This document shows, piece after piece, positions 36,795 to 48,630 of a stretch of DNA of 64,000 nucleotides. Numbering within the stretch: position 1 is the first letter of the stretch; every line of letters begins with the position of its first letter. The notes under the pieces were generated by a model. That model made no database searches. It saw nothing but the letters and a program-made list of their open reading frames with translations, and was not told the DNA's origin. The position numbers and the translations under genes are program-made. This DNA comes from Vicugna vicugna (Eukaryota): NCBI GenBank assembly GCA_013265495.1, contig MU058456.1, forward strand, positions 248,001 through 312,000. The letters are read 5' to 3'.

Positions 36795-37260
36795 TATTAA
36801 ATGTGCTTATTACATGCCTAGCACTGTGCTGAGCATCTTATATGCATCTCACTTAATTTTCACAAACAGTATCATGAAGAAGGTAGACTCATATTCCTAG
36901 GATGAAATTCTGACTCTGCCAATTCTAATTCTTTGCAAGATCGTGTGGCTTCTCTCTGCCTCTATTTTCTCATGCACAACATGGGGAATAGTGATAGCAC
37001 CCACCTTGGAGGACTGTGGTGTGGATTAAAGGAGGCATTGCAAGGAAAGCTCCCAACAGGGTACCAGGGATCTGGTCAGCACTCGTAAAATGTCTGATTA
37101 CATTCGTATTATTACTCTTATTACTCCCATTTTACAAATGAAGAAACTGGGGCCCACAGAGGGAGTGTCTTTTGCCATGTCACCAGCCAATGAAGTGAAG
37201 CCAGTACCCAAACCTGGGTCTGACTGACTGCACAGACTGAGCTTTTAAACACGGGGCTCT
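36795..37260. mobile_element. Nested MIRs: plus-strand MIR (~36900-37115) inside a minus-strand MIR
   Basis: Antisense MIR tail 36795-36900; sense MIR (ctctgcctctattttctcatgcacaacatgggg...gtggattaaa...cagcactcgtaaaatg); antisense MIR resumes (cccattttacaaatgaagaaactggggc...tctgactgac). Confidence 0.7.
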
Positions 37261-37839
37261 CTGGCCTTATCATCATACCAACGTTGAAGCTCAAATATGG
37301 GGCTCAAAGCTCTTTGGGGATACCATGTGCTCTAACAAGACAAAGTGCTTTTGAACTTCCACATTTAATAGATGCATTCCTGAAAACTGTATTCATGTTG
37401 AATCCTGTTTTTCCTTGGCTTTCATTATATGAATAATTTTATGATGGTGCCATTCTCTCTTGCTCAGTATTTTCATTTAAAAACTCATAAACACATTTGA
37501 ATCCTAGTTTACTCTCTGGAATCTTTATTGTTCCTTGAGAGTTTTCATCCATTTACTACAAAATTAAGCCTCGGCTAGAATAACTGTTTATTGAATGCCA
37601 TTAGGAATCTTGCTGATATGTGTCCTTTCATCCATTACTGAGTGCATTCCTGAAATCTTTTGCTTAGAATAAAAGATTGCTTTGTGTGAGTCCAGGTTAA
37701 TTTTTACATAAGAGAGTTGTTTTTTGTCTGCTTTTCAGAAGAGTGCAATTATATATGGAGATAAGATGATAGCTTTTGTTATCTTAAAATCTTTCTTAGA
37801 AGATTAAATCGTTTTTAGAATCCCAAAGTAAAGGGGAAG

Positions 37840-38474
37840 CAGAGTTGATTCTTATTGTTTGTGGTAATTATAGTCTCTGCAAACACTGAATTAGTGCATA
37901 TTGAATCATTGCTCCTAGGGGAAATATGGGGTTATGTTCCTGTGAGACTCTGGTCACAACATTTTCATCTGATCAATATATAACCTTGTTTTATGTGTCT
38001 GTCTGCTTAAAAACACCTTATTTAATATATGCTGTTGACTCATTAGCATTAAACTCATGGTCAACAGCAGTGAACAAAGATTATCTGACATGTGTATTTT
38101 CTCCTTAAGGCACATCACAGCCTTATTGTGCTTGGGAACACCAGGGGGTACTTCAGCATTACTCTTGGGGGCCAATTTAAACAGGGAAATTACCAATGAA
38201 AAGGACAAAGATGCGAAAACCTTGGCACTAAATATCTCATGAGAAGGACACTTGCTTGCAAGTAGAAAGCTGAAACAAGAATGCAGAGCATCACCTTGTT
38301 CGACCTCAGTCCAGAGCACGGATGTATCTGGCAAATCAAAGTTTCCACTGCTCTGTGCGTGTACAGAAATAACTGTGAAAGTGCCCCAAGTAGTGAGGTT
38401 GAGGTTACAAACAAATGTTAACAAGTAAGACAATTCTCAAATATGGAAGCTGCAAATAATGAGGAACAATTGTA
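37840..38474. mobile_element. Tigger-derived MITE (MER82-like)
   Basis: Terminal inverted repeats agttgattcttattg / aataatgaggaacaattgta. Internal gaatcattgctcctaggggaaata...ggcacatcacagcctt...ttgggggccaatttaaacag matches recalled MER82 (~640 bp). Confidence 0.8.
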
Positions 38475-38528
38475 TTTTACTTTCAAAATGTCCCTTTTTG
38501 CTCATTTTCAGGTTTTAATTTAGGAACT

Positions 38529-38989
38529 ATGGTAGATTGTTTGTGTTTACAGCCTCCACGTTGGTCTGCCAGCATCAGGCTGTCTGCCCCCTCTTGGTCC
38601 CCTCCTACTTTAATTCCAGCCTTAACCATGTGACTTGGCTTAGCCAATGGGATGTTAACAAACTTGGTGCAAATAGAAGCTGGAAAAGCACATGTGCCTT
38701 TCCTCTTGGATCCCTGCCACTATCTGAGAACACGCTGGGCTGGCCCATAAGAAGGGTGTGAGAGATACATGGAGGAGAGCAGAGCTGCCTCATACAAAGC
38801 CATTTAGACCAGCTGGTCCACTAGCTGATCACAGATGCATGAGAGAGCTCAGCTAAGATAAGCCAAACCTAACTCGAATCAGCCAGTCCCCCAACTCAAT
38901 CCATAGACCATGAGAAATAATCAATAGTTTTTGTCTTAAGCCACTGTGTTTGAAGGTCATTTGTTATGCACCATTAACTAACTGATACA
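38529..38989 (+). mobile_element. MLT1 (MaLR) solo LTR, MLT1G/H-like
   Basis: ccatgtgacttggcttagccaatgggatgttaacaaac...tcttaagccactgtgtttgaaggtcatttgttatgcacca...ctaactgataca terminus. Confidence 0.8.
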
Positions 38990-40199
38990 GAAACTTGAGC
39001 ATCTTGAGTTTTCATTTGAGGACTTTAGCATTCTAGACCTTTTAGAAGAGCATCAGGCAGCTACTTCAGTGGAAGGTCAATGCCTGCCTGTCTGTCATGT
39101 GGAAGGTAGAAAATGAGATCAACCATTTCATCATAGACCAGGGGAGAAAGAAGGAAAATAATAATCAGGAGGGAAGGGCATTAGACTGGTGTAGAACTGA
39201 GAGGATAGTTTTTCACATCTACCTTCCCAGGTCTTGATGAGTAGCTTCCAATTCTTTTAATTTAACTTTGGCTTGGTTAAAATGTGACTTTTTTTTTCTT
39301 TTACTGGTAAAGGTGGTTATTTTATTTTGCACTGAAAGGAAAAAAAGAAAAAAAGAAGCAGCCAGGGAAAAGGAGGGGTAGAGGTGGAAAGAAGGTAGTA
39401 AATTATGTACAGAAAATAATTTCTCTTGTTTCAGTCTCAGAATATGAAGGTACATTCACAAGGGGTGCAATACATCAATGAACTACAATGTGTTCCTCTA
39501 GAAAAGCTACTGGCCCCAAGGCATAGTGCAAGTTACACTTAAGAATGCCATAAAGCTTTTAAAAGTCACATTTTGAATCAAAATAATTTTCTTATAAAAT
39601 ATTAATTCTCAAAATGAGTTGTAAAACATGAACACAAAAGAGCTTAGATGATTTTTTTTTCCCTGACGATAAAGCTAAAATTTCTTGGGGAAAATTACAG
39701 CTACTAGAAGGTAGTTCTCAGAGTCAATGAGTGAAAATATGATTCTGAAATTCCCTTAGATTCTATTCAGTCTTTCAGTTCAGTAACTGGTAAGGTATCA
39801 GGCTCTGCGCTCGGCATTCTGGGGGTCTCTAGGCTGTCAGAGGAAACTCTCAAAACACAATTGGAGCTCAATGTGCAACTTGAGGGTAAGTCATCACCCT
39901 TTGGTTGGTCTGAACTTACTTCCTGGACACTGGCTCTTAAAAATGAAAAGATATATCTGAGCTAAAGATACAAATCAGAGGCAGTTATTTTAAAATGCAG
40001 AAAAAAACCTACTCATTGAAGGACAGCGCTGAGTGGAGCTAAGAATTCTGTTAAGTAATCAACTGAAAATTACCTTACAGAAATTTATGCTAATCTAGTA
40101 CTTTGTAGCTAATGTAAAAAGAATCAGTTCACTGATTTATAGATTTTACTGTTGGGATTTTTGGTCTAACACATAGTGATTTTTTGACATATCCCAGTG

Positions 40200-40410
40200 A
40201 TAACGTGGGTCTCTGGAGTCAGATTCCTTGGGTTCAAATCTTTACCATTTACAAAATCAGTAATTTTAGGTAAGCTTCTTGACCTCTCTTGTGCCTCAAT
40301 TTCCTCATCTGTAAAATGGAGATAATAATTATTACCTGCTTTATAAATTTACTGTGTAAATTAAGTGAGAGGATATATGTAAGGGGTCATTCTACATCAG
40401 CTATTAATAA
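40200..40410 (+). mobile_element. MIR SINE
   Basis: ggtctctggagtcagattccttgggttcaaatc...gtgcctcaatttcctcatctgtaaaatggagataataat. Confidence 0.8.
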
Positions 40411-40549
40411 GTATACATTAGTGTCAACTAGGAAACCCAGGCCTTCATCTGACATTTCCCAAATCCATTCCCTGACCTATTCTGAGCGTTGGTTTCAGGT
40501 CTGCCAACATTCATGCCCTCCTGTTCCTTTCCCCAATAGTGGATGGATT

Positions 40550-41259
40550 TAGCCATTACCATGAGAGTGCTTTCCCACTAGGAACACTGTCTTCCCATGA
40601 AACGTAATATCAACATAAGTACTTCCGGATTTGGCTGACTACACCGAATTCAGCTCGTTTGTGTGGGAGACTAGATGAAATGAGGACATATTTGCCTCGA
40701 GACTTCAGAGAACCCCAACCCCAGGCTCCTGCTGAACCCTGTAATGCCGCTGTCCTGTCCCCCAAGACCCATCACCTCCCATCTCAACGTCCCTGCTCTT
40801 CCACTATAACCTGGAAATTCCCTGAGTCTGAGAAGGTCCTGCCCTGTGGAGGCTGGTCCTGGCGATGATACTTTCTGAGGCTATTTAAAGCATTTGTTGA
40901 CATTCTTGTTGGACGGCTACATGCTGTACTTAAATGTAACTGACCTGCAACTATTGCAAATCTGCTCAGTCATATTTTCCCTACATTAAAAAACCTCCTT
41001 ATTTACAGCTCTAAATCTCGGGAGATTTCCTGCTCCACCCTAGGAAATCCAATGCACCTGGTGAGCTCTGAGACCCAAATACACCCGAGTCAACTGAATT
41101 TACATCCTTGTTTTCCTCCTAACTCTTTTTCAAATCTGCTTAAATGTAGTTTTGTCCAGAGCCTCTGGCATCTCCCTGAGCCACCCCTGGATTGACTGTC
41201 AATAGATCAATTCTCATCTTGCCTTATTCAACTCATGTGCTCTCTCGAGCTACTGCTAC
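40550..41259 (+). mobile_element. Probable ERV LTR relic (family not assigned)
   Basis: LTR-like composition ending ...gactgtcaatagatcaattctcatcttgcc...ctgctaca (CA terminus); 5' boundary unclear. Confidence 0.4.
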
Positions 41260-42342
41260 ACAAACACACAAAGTGTGGGAGGTCACGGGGGATAAGAAAT
41301 AATTTAGAGTCCACGATGAGGTGTGGTTTGAAAAGACCTGACTGCAGCTGACCCAGCCTCCAGCCATAATTCCATGTCGCCATCCACACTGACCTTCATC
41401 AATCTTTCCTCTTCCAATTAGTCCTCTCCCCTAAAGAACAGTGACTTGCTCACAGTTACATGGCATCCAGTAACAAAGTTAATTAGGAGTTAGGTCTCCC
41501 AGTAGTATGTACACCTTTTCTTAGGAAGAAATTCCTTCTGTTTCCAGAAAATGGGGTTTGAAACAAAGCAAAACAGAAACTGCTGTGATTGAGCATAACG
41601 CTGTGTGAGACGGAGCTCTGCATGCGGCATGCATGGGAGAGAGAGACTGAGGCAGACTGGGTACTATTATTTAAATAATAATAACAACAATAATGGCTAA
41701 CATTTATTAAGCATGTTCAATATGCCATGTGTCGTGGCAAGAGATTTCCATATTTTATCTCATTTTGATTCCCGTGACAACCCTATTACTCATTAAAAAT
41801 GCTATATACTTCGCATGTGCTCGATAAATAAAAAAGAAAATAGATGTAACAGGGTAATATTTTCAAAATATTAAGCCAGTGCATTTTCATTTTTTTCCTG
41901 CTTAGTGCCTGGCGGCCATTCCCCCCTCAGTTGTGTCTGGGAAAAGGAGGCAGGGCTATGTGCTGTGAGTTGTGGGTGTACAGGAAGGGCAGGGATGAAG
42001 AGGATGAGGGAGTGGAAATCCTCTTTCTTCCATCCCTGGAGTTGTGGGAAGAAAGGGATGAAATCCAGGGAAGACTTGGTGGCACATGGGTCCTGACCGT
42101 GCTTGCTCTGGCTGGAGCCCCGGGGCATGTGTGAATGTGTGTTTATGGGTGAGGGAGCACGTTTAGGTGGAGGTACAAGTTGGGAGCAGAAGAGATCCTA
42201 GTGAAATGCCCTGTATGGCACTCGTGCAGAAGACTACTTTGCAGAGTGAAGCACAACCTGGGGCTGCCAGCCTGTGAGGCAGACAGAAGGCCTGAGTGAG
42301 AACTCTAGAGCCAGAATGGGATGGGGTAAGTGCACAAGTTCT

Positions 42343-42770
42343 GTAGTCAGCAGTGATAACTGGCTATCTCCCAACTTTTCATTCCTTTGTCTTCCTAAGT
42401 AATGGAATCCTACTTTGGGGGCAGAATTTCACCCAGTTGAAAGTCTATATTGCAGCTAGATATGACCATAAAACTCAATTATGGACGATGAAATGTAAGC
42501 AAAAGTTTGAGTGAAACTTCTGGGATGGCTCCTTAAAGGAAGCTGACCTGTCAGAGGGACACTCCCCATCCTTCTTGTTATTACTTGGAAGCAGGACAAA
42601 ATGGCTGGAACTTCAGTTGGCACTCTGTAACATGAGGTAATCTTGAGCATAGAAGAAGCAGGTCTGGCAAAAGGGAAGACATATGGGAAGCCTCGGTCCT
42701 GATGATTTCGTGGAGATACAAACCCTGGACTGTCTACCTCTAGATTGTTTTTAAGTGAGATAAATGTAAT
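42343..42770 (+). mobile_element. ERVL LTR (LTR16/LTR33-like)
   Basis: ttgcagctagatatgaccat...gaaatgtaagcaaaagt...aacttctggga...atggctggaacttcag...ccctggactgtctacctctagatt...gtgagataaat. Confidence 0.7.
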
Positions 42771-44384
42771 CTTGAGAGATATTCAGAGTCTGCTTAGAGT
42801 CAGACTGCAGAGATTGTAGGAGCAGATGGGAGTGAGGAGATGGATTCACAGTGGTTGGAGTGAAATGAAACTGCAGCGAAGGATTATGAGGCTGGCTGCT
42901 TAGTCTGAGGTTTGAATGGGCGTCACAGCCAGGTTTCAAGGGTTCACAGTTCCAGCAAAGGCCCAGCTGAGTCCAAGTCAGCTGAGAAGGTCCACTAGCC
43001 CCTGATTTAGCCAAGAGAACAGACCAAAACATGAAGGATAGACACCACTGTTGAATGGCAGGAGGCCACCTGTAACCAGGTAGAAGAGGCGACCAGAGGA
43101 GCCAGTAGATAGGACAGAACATGCCAGATGGACCTTAATTGCCCAGGAAGCTTGCCAGAGGCTGGCTTTCAATGTGGGGAGGGGAAACAGAAGGGAGTGA
43201 GATGCTGCAAGATTGGGTGTTAATCTGGAAGAGACTGAGTTTACTAAAGAAACAGCTTTAAGTGTTGTATTGGGCTGATTGTTTCTGGATTGGATTGAAT
43301 TTGGCTTTTTTTTTTCTCTCTTGCTACCCGGTTGACAATGGAAGTTGCGAGGAGGATCAGATGAGACATAGGAATAGAAGAGGTACTAGCTACGTTTGTC
43401 TTACAGATGTAATCATAGTGCCTGAATTGGCTTTACCACGGACATGACTATTTTAATCCCCATTTTACAGATGAGGACACTGAAGCTTGGAGAAATTCAG
43501 TCACTTTAAAGTCACATGGCTATTAATTATGTTCATATCTAACCCATTTCAGGTTTGGGGCTCTATCTCCTGCAATCCAAGACAGAAGGACTGGGGAGCT
43601 GCCACAGCCACAGTTTACTTGTTCTGTGTGTTCAGTGTTGGGTAGCTGATCAAACTGCAACTCAACTTCTTAGCCTTTCCAATTTCCAGACTCCTTTCTG
43701 CTAGATCATTAGGCATTTAGGAACTGAGTGATTTCGATCTGACTCCAAAATACACCAGCATATGGATATTACTCTATCATTCTTGGCTACTGAGACTGTC
43801 AGTATATAACTGATTTTTGAAATGAAAGCCCAAAGCCTATAGATTTACACATAAAGTGGCAAAACTGAGTCTAATAGATTTAAGGGCACTGATTCACCAG
43901 GGAGCATCTAAAAGGAGATGAGAATGGCCAAACTTTAAAGTCTGATCTTGGACCCTTGAGCGAGTCTTCATAGTTATATTATCATTCATTCATGCACTCA
44001 TTCACTCATTCATCCAATATTTTTTAATGTCTGTAACAAGCCAGGCACAGACTAAGTGGGGAAGAAAATAACTGGGAATAGCTAGGTAGGACTGACCTCT
44101 CAATGCTCTGTTGTCCTTTTTTTTTTTTTTTTCTGAAACCTTTCCTACCTCAAATACTTCAATTATTCCAGAAAATTCTGTTTAACTAGAGGCCATCTAA
44201 AACACAAACATCTTGTAAACCTAAAATGTCTGGGGTAAGGAAGAAGGTGCGAGGCGTGTATGTGTAGCTCCTCCCAAAGGATTGATACCTTTCATTTGTT
44301 AGTTTCTAGAGTTTAGTTCTGCTAGCTGTTGATACGGTTTTTGTTTATGATGTCTCTATCTAGCTATGTGTATCTATGAAAATG

Positions 44385-44690
44385 TGAAATGAGCATTCCC
44401 TTTGACGAAGCAATTCCACTTCCAGGAATTTGTCCTCATGGATATACTTGAACATGTGCTGAAAGGTTTATGTATATTCACAGTAGCATTGTGTCAAATA
44501 AGAGAAACAACCTACATGCCCAGGAATACGGAACTGATGGACTGGATTATAGTATAAAGTGGAATACTCTGCATCCTTTAACAAGACTGAAGTACAAGTG
44601 TCGACCTACTTCTGTAGACCTAACACGAAACAATTCCAGCACCCATTGTTAAGTGAGGAAGTTCAAGGAATAGAAGTATGAATATAATGC
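44385..44690 (+). mobile_element. Old L1ME/MC 3' fragment
   Basis: ccctttgacgaagcaattccacttccaggaatttgtcct...tattcacagtagcattg...tggaatactctgcatcc. Confidence 0.7.
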
Positions 44691-45909
44691 TGCGATTTCA
44701 GTAGTAGTCCATTGGATGAAAGAATTATAGAGGAAATCAAAATGAAAGAAAATATTTCTTCCCCATAATTGTCAATAGACATGTGCTAGGAGAGAAATCC
44801 TGAAATTGTGCAATTTGCCCTGAGTGTGAGTCTAAAAGGCAAACTGGCTCCTTAGAATGACACAGGTATTTGCATTTAGCCGAAAGGTTTGTTGCTTGTG
44901 ACGTAGCTGACGTGAGCAGGGGTTTAGATCGGGAGCCAGAGAGACCCCTGTGGGGTGAGTTCCATATACTGTCCTTGCTTTTTCTTGGATGAGGCAGGAA
45001 GGGGTCTGGGGAAAACAGAATGGAGTGAAAATTGGGAATCCAAGGAGGGGACGGGGACAGGGAGGAGCAGTAGAAAGGCTTGAGATGAAAGCCTTGGCTC
45101 TGGAGGGTAGGCGGGGCACAGCCTTTCTTCCTCAATTCTTTCCGTTTTCTTTCCCTCACATTTTGTCAGTGGGGAAATCTCCCGGTGGAGAATTGCAACC
45201 CCATCACCCACAGTTGGAGTCGATGAGCTGAAGGAGGGAGAGGAAGGGAGCTGTGGCTCCGCACCAGAGCTAACTAGACAGCTTCTCCAAGAGGGCGGGC
45301 CCCAGGGGTCCCTGCGGTCCCAGCCATCTCTATTTTCCTGACATTAGGAATTCATTAATCATTCAATTGGACAGATTCGTGGTGGGCAAACAGCTCTGTG
45401 TCACCATTTCCCTTGTGAACAGACTATGAGCAGAATTAAATATTTGTAAAAGTAGGTGACAGATGGGCTGTTTGGAACAGTCTCATTTATGGTCATTAAA
45501 AGGGGCCTTTTGAAACAGAGCACCTGGGATGTTGATGGTCCCTTTCCAGGAAGGAATTGCAAACCCCACACTATCCAGTGTCGGGTTCCATATGTTTCCC
45601 CAGAATCCCACGTGGCTTTTCCCCACCTCCCCCCACCAGGCCCTGGGTCTCCCCTCCCACGAGAATGTAGCCACCATGAACCCTGCTTTCTTCCTCTCCC
45701 CATCTCAGTCCCATCAGGGACTCACCCTGCATGGCTGTGGTCCTTCACTGCTAGGGAGCACTTTTTAGTTCTTGGGGAACAGATTCTGGGGTGATGTGGC
45801 CCTAACCTCAGATGGAGTGATACATAGCCACCTCTGCCTTAACCTGGCCCATTCCTGAGTCTTCTCTCCTTTCTAATTTTGTTTTAAAAGTAAAATACTA
45901 AAGCAAACT

Positions 45910-47006
45910 TTTTTTTGATATTTTTAATTGCTGTTTTTATTTTATTTTTAAATTGAAGTATAGTTGATTTACAATATTGTGTTAGTTTCAGGTATATAGC
46001 AAAGTGATCCAGTTATATATATGTGTGTACTATATGCAGGTTATTTTCCATTACAGGTTATTACAAGCTATTGAATATAGTTCTCTGTACTATACAGTAA
46101 ATCTTTGTTGCTTATCTATTTTATGTATAGTACTATGTATCTGTTAATCCTATACTCCTAATTTATCCCTCCCCTACTCCCTTCCCCTTTGGTAACCGTA
46201 GGTTTGTTTTCTATGTTTTCTGTTTCTATTTTGTAAATAAGTGCATTTGGTTCCTTTTATTAGATTCCACATGTAAGTGATATCATATGGTATTTGCCTT
46301 TTTCTGCCTGACTGACTTCGCTTAGTATGATAATCTGTAGGTCCATCCATGTTGCTGCAAATGGCAATATTTTGTCCTTTATGGCTGAATAATATTCCAC
46401 TGTATATGTACCACATCTTCTTTACCCATTCATCTGTTGATGGACAGTTAGGTTGCTTTCATGTCTTGGCTATTGTATGTAGTGCTGCTGTGAACATTGG
46501 GGTGCATGTATCTTTTTGAATTAGAGTTCTTGTCTTTTTTGTATATATGCCCAGGAATAGGATTGCTGGATCATATGGTAAATCTTCTGCCCATTTTTTT
46601 GATTGGGTTATTTGTTTTTTTGATATTGAGTTGTATGAGCTGTTTGTATATTTAGGAAATTAAACCCCTTGTTGGTTGCATCATTTGCAAATATTTTCTC
46701 CCATTCCGTAGGTTGTCATTTTGTTTTGCTTATGGTTTCCTTTGCTGTGCAAAAGCTTTTAAGTTTGATTCAGTCCCATTTGCTTATTTTTACTTTTATT
46801 TCTTTTGCCTTGGGAGACTGATCTAAGGAAATATTGCTACAGTTTTTGTCAGAGAAAGTTTTGCCTATGTTCTCTTCGAGGAGTTTTACGGTGTCATATC
46901 ATATTTAGGTCTTTAAGCCATTTTGAGTTTATTTTTGTTTATGACATGAGGGAGTGTTCTAACTTCATTGATTTATATGTGGCTGTTCAGTTTTCCCAAC
47001 ACCATT
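45910..47006 (-). mobile_element. LINE-1 3' end plus ORF2 3' part with internal deletion near 46581
   Basis: L1 3'UTR and ORF2 end up to tcatatggtaa, then a jump to atcttctgcccatt..., skipping the CCHC-coding segment present in the younger copies. Confidence 0.9.
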
Positions 47007-48509
47007 CATGCCTCCTAAAGTGAAAATATTGGTATGTGTTTCATGTGCAGAAACTATCACCAGCCCTCATGAAGGCTGATATGCATTAGGCACTGAGGGC
47101 CTAGGGATGCCCCCATCCTGGAATCTGCCTGTCACACTGCAGTGGAGGCCTAACCCTGTCCTCTGCACATCTGGGCCCCAAGTACCAGAGTCGTAAAGTG
47201 CCTTCTGAGGTTGCACAGCTGGGCCTCCTCACGGCTAAACTTGCAACCGTTTTTTCTGGATTCTGCAGGGGTGGTTGTTCCCTCACTGTGTAGACACTGA
47301 TTAGGTGAGTGAGAAGAGGCTGGTTTTCAAAGGAAAAAGGAGAGGCTCTACTTTGCAGTTTCTCCCCTTCTTTGGTGACTTAGTGCCCTGGAAGGGTCAG
47401 GCCCAAGGATGCTAAGTCCCCACAAACTTGGAGGACATGGGCATTTCATCTATGTCTTACCCTAGGGCGGTCCCTTCCCAGAGCCTTCAGCCACAAATGT
47501 CACACTAGCACCCTGCAACACTCCTCGCCTCCTGCATCTACTTGTCCCTGCCCTGGGCCTGGGTCTCTCAGGCCCACCACTCTCTCCAGCAACCCCCTAC
47601 AGCCTCCACCACTTCTGGAGTGAGGCGCTTTCCACACCCTGACTCCACGTGTGAGTAGATCTCATGTGTGCGTCCTCTCTCCCCAGTCGGCTTCAAAGAA
47701 CACAAAAGTCCTCCTTGAAAAGGGCAATGAGGTCTGATGAAGAGTGAATGCTGTGAGCTTCACAGGGGCCTCCTAGGGCTGGAAAGTTACTGTTGGAAGT
47801 GTGCCTTGACCTCCTGCCCCATGACACCTGCTTTCCCCCAGCTCTGGTATTCAGGGGTCCCACTGAGGCATGTGGGTCAGGCAGCAGAAGGTTCCAGGGA
47901 ACGTTTGTATGGAGATGTGCTGCTTAGAAGCACTAGGGGCAGCGGGAAATGGGGCTGATGCGCTAATCCAGAGCATGAAGGCAGGCAGGCCAGGCATGGG
48001 GCATCTCCCAGGGACACTCCTGGTGGTAGGAAATTTTGGCTGTTTTGGGTGAGCAGAACCACAGAACGTGGAGCCAGGAACCAGGTCACGGGTCAGAGTT
48101 TCTGCCAAATTCCTGTCTTCGTAGCGTCACAGAATCTTAGTGTAAAGGAGGACTGCGGAGAACAAGATCCTGTCTCCTGCTCAGTGTTCCGCATCCCTGT
48201 CCTGCTCCCTCAGCATCTGCCCGTCCACTTTCAGTGGCAGGTATCTCACTGCCCAGGAAGGAAGTGCATCCCACGCTGCCCTCTGCAGCTATCAGCTGAA
48301 ATTGATCTCCTCGCAACTTCTAAGTGATCCAAAGTCTACTCATGGAATAAAACCAAACAGTCTCATGTATTTTCCAGATAATAACACTTCAGATATCCAA
48401 AAGGAGGAACCAGCTTCCTCCCTGTCTACCTTCATCCCAAAGTCTCCTCTAGGCTTTATGTTTTTAGTTTCTTAGACACATGTTTGGACTTACTCCCTTT
48501 ATCAAGAGA

Positions 48510-48630
48510 GTATCATATAGTGGACAAAGTGTAGGTTTTCGTTCAAACAATGGTTCTAATCTAGGTTCTGCCGGTACATTAATCTTGGAACCTCAGCACT
48601 GTCATCTGAAAATGAGGATAAAGCATGATG
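48510..48630 (+). mobile_element. MIR SINE fragment
   Basis: atcatatagtggacaaagtgtagg...ggttctaatctaggttctgcc...cctcagcactgtcatctgaaaatgaggataa. Confidence 0.55.

Noticed and set aside
37954..38433. 159-aa ORF as a domesticated transposase
   Set aside because: It lies inside a non-autonomous MER82-like MITE; at most a short degraded transposase N-terminal remnant with no catalytic domain.
42800..43300. Possible ancient Gypsy-like LTR
   Set aside because: Only a vague motif resemblance (gagactgagtttactaaaga); no termini could be defined.
46570..46595. L1 internal deletion as a splicing product
   Set aside because: The junction retains gtaa after catatg, so it does not match precise GT-AG intron removal on either strand; an ordinary deletion is more likely.
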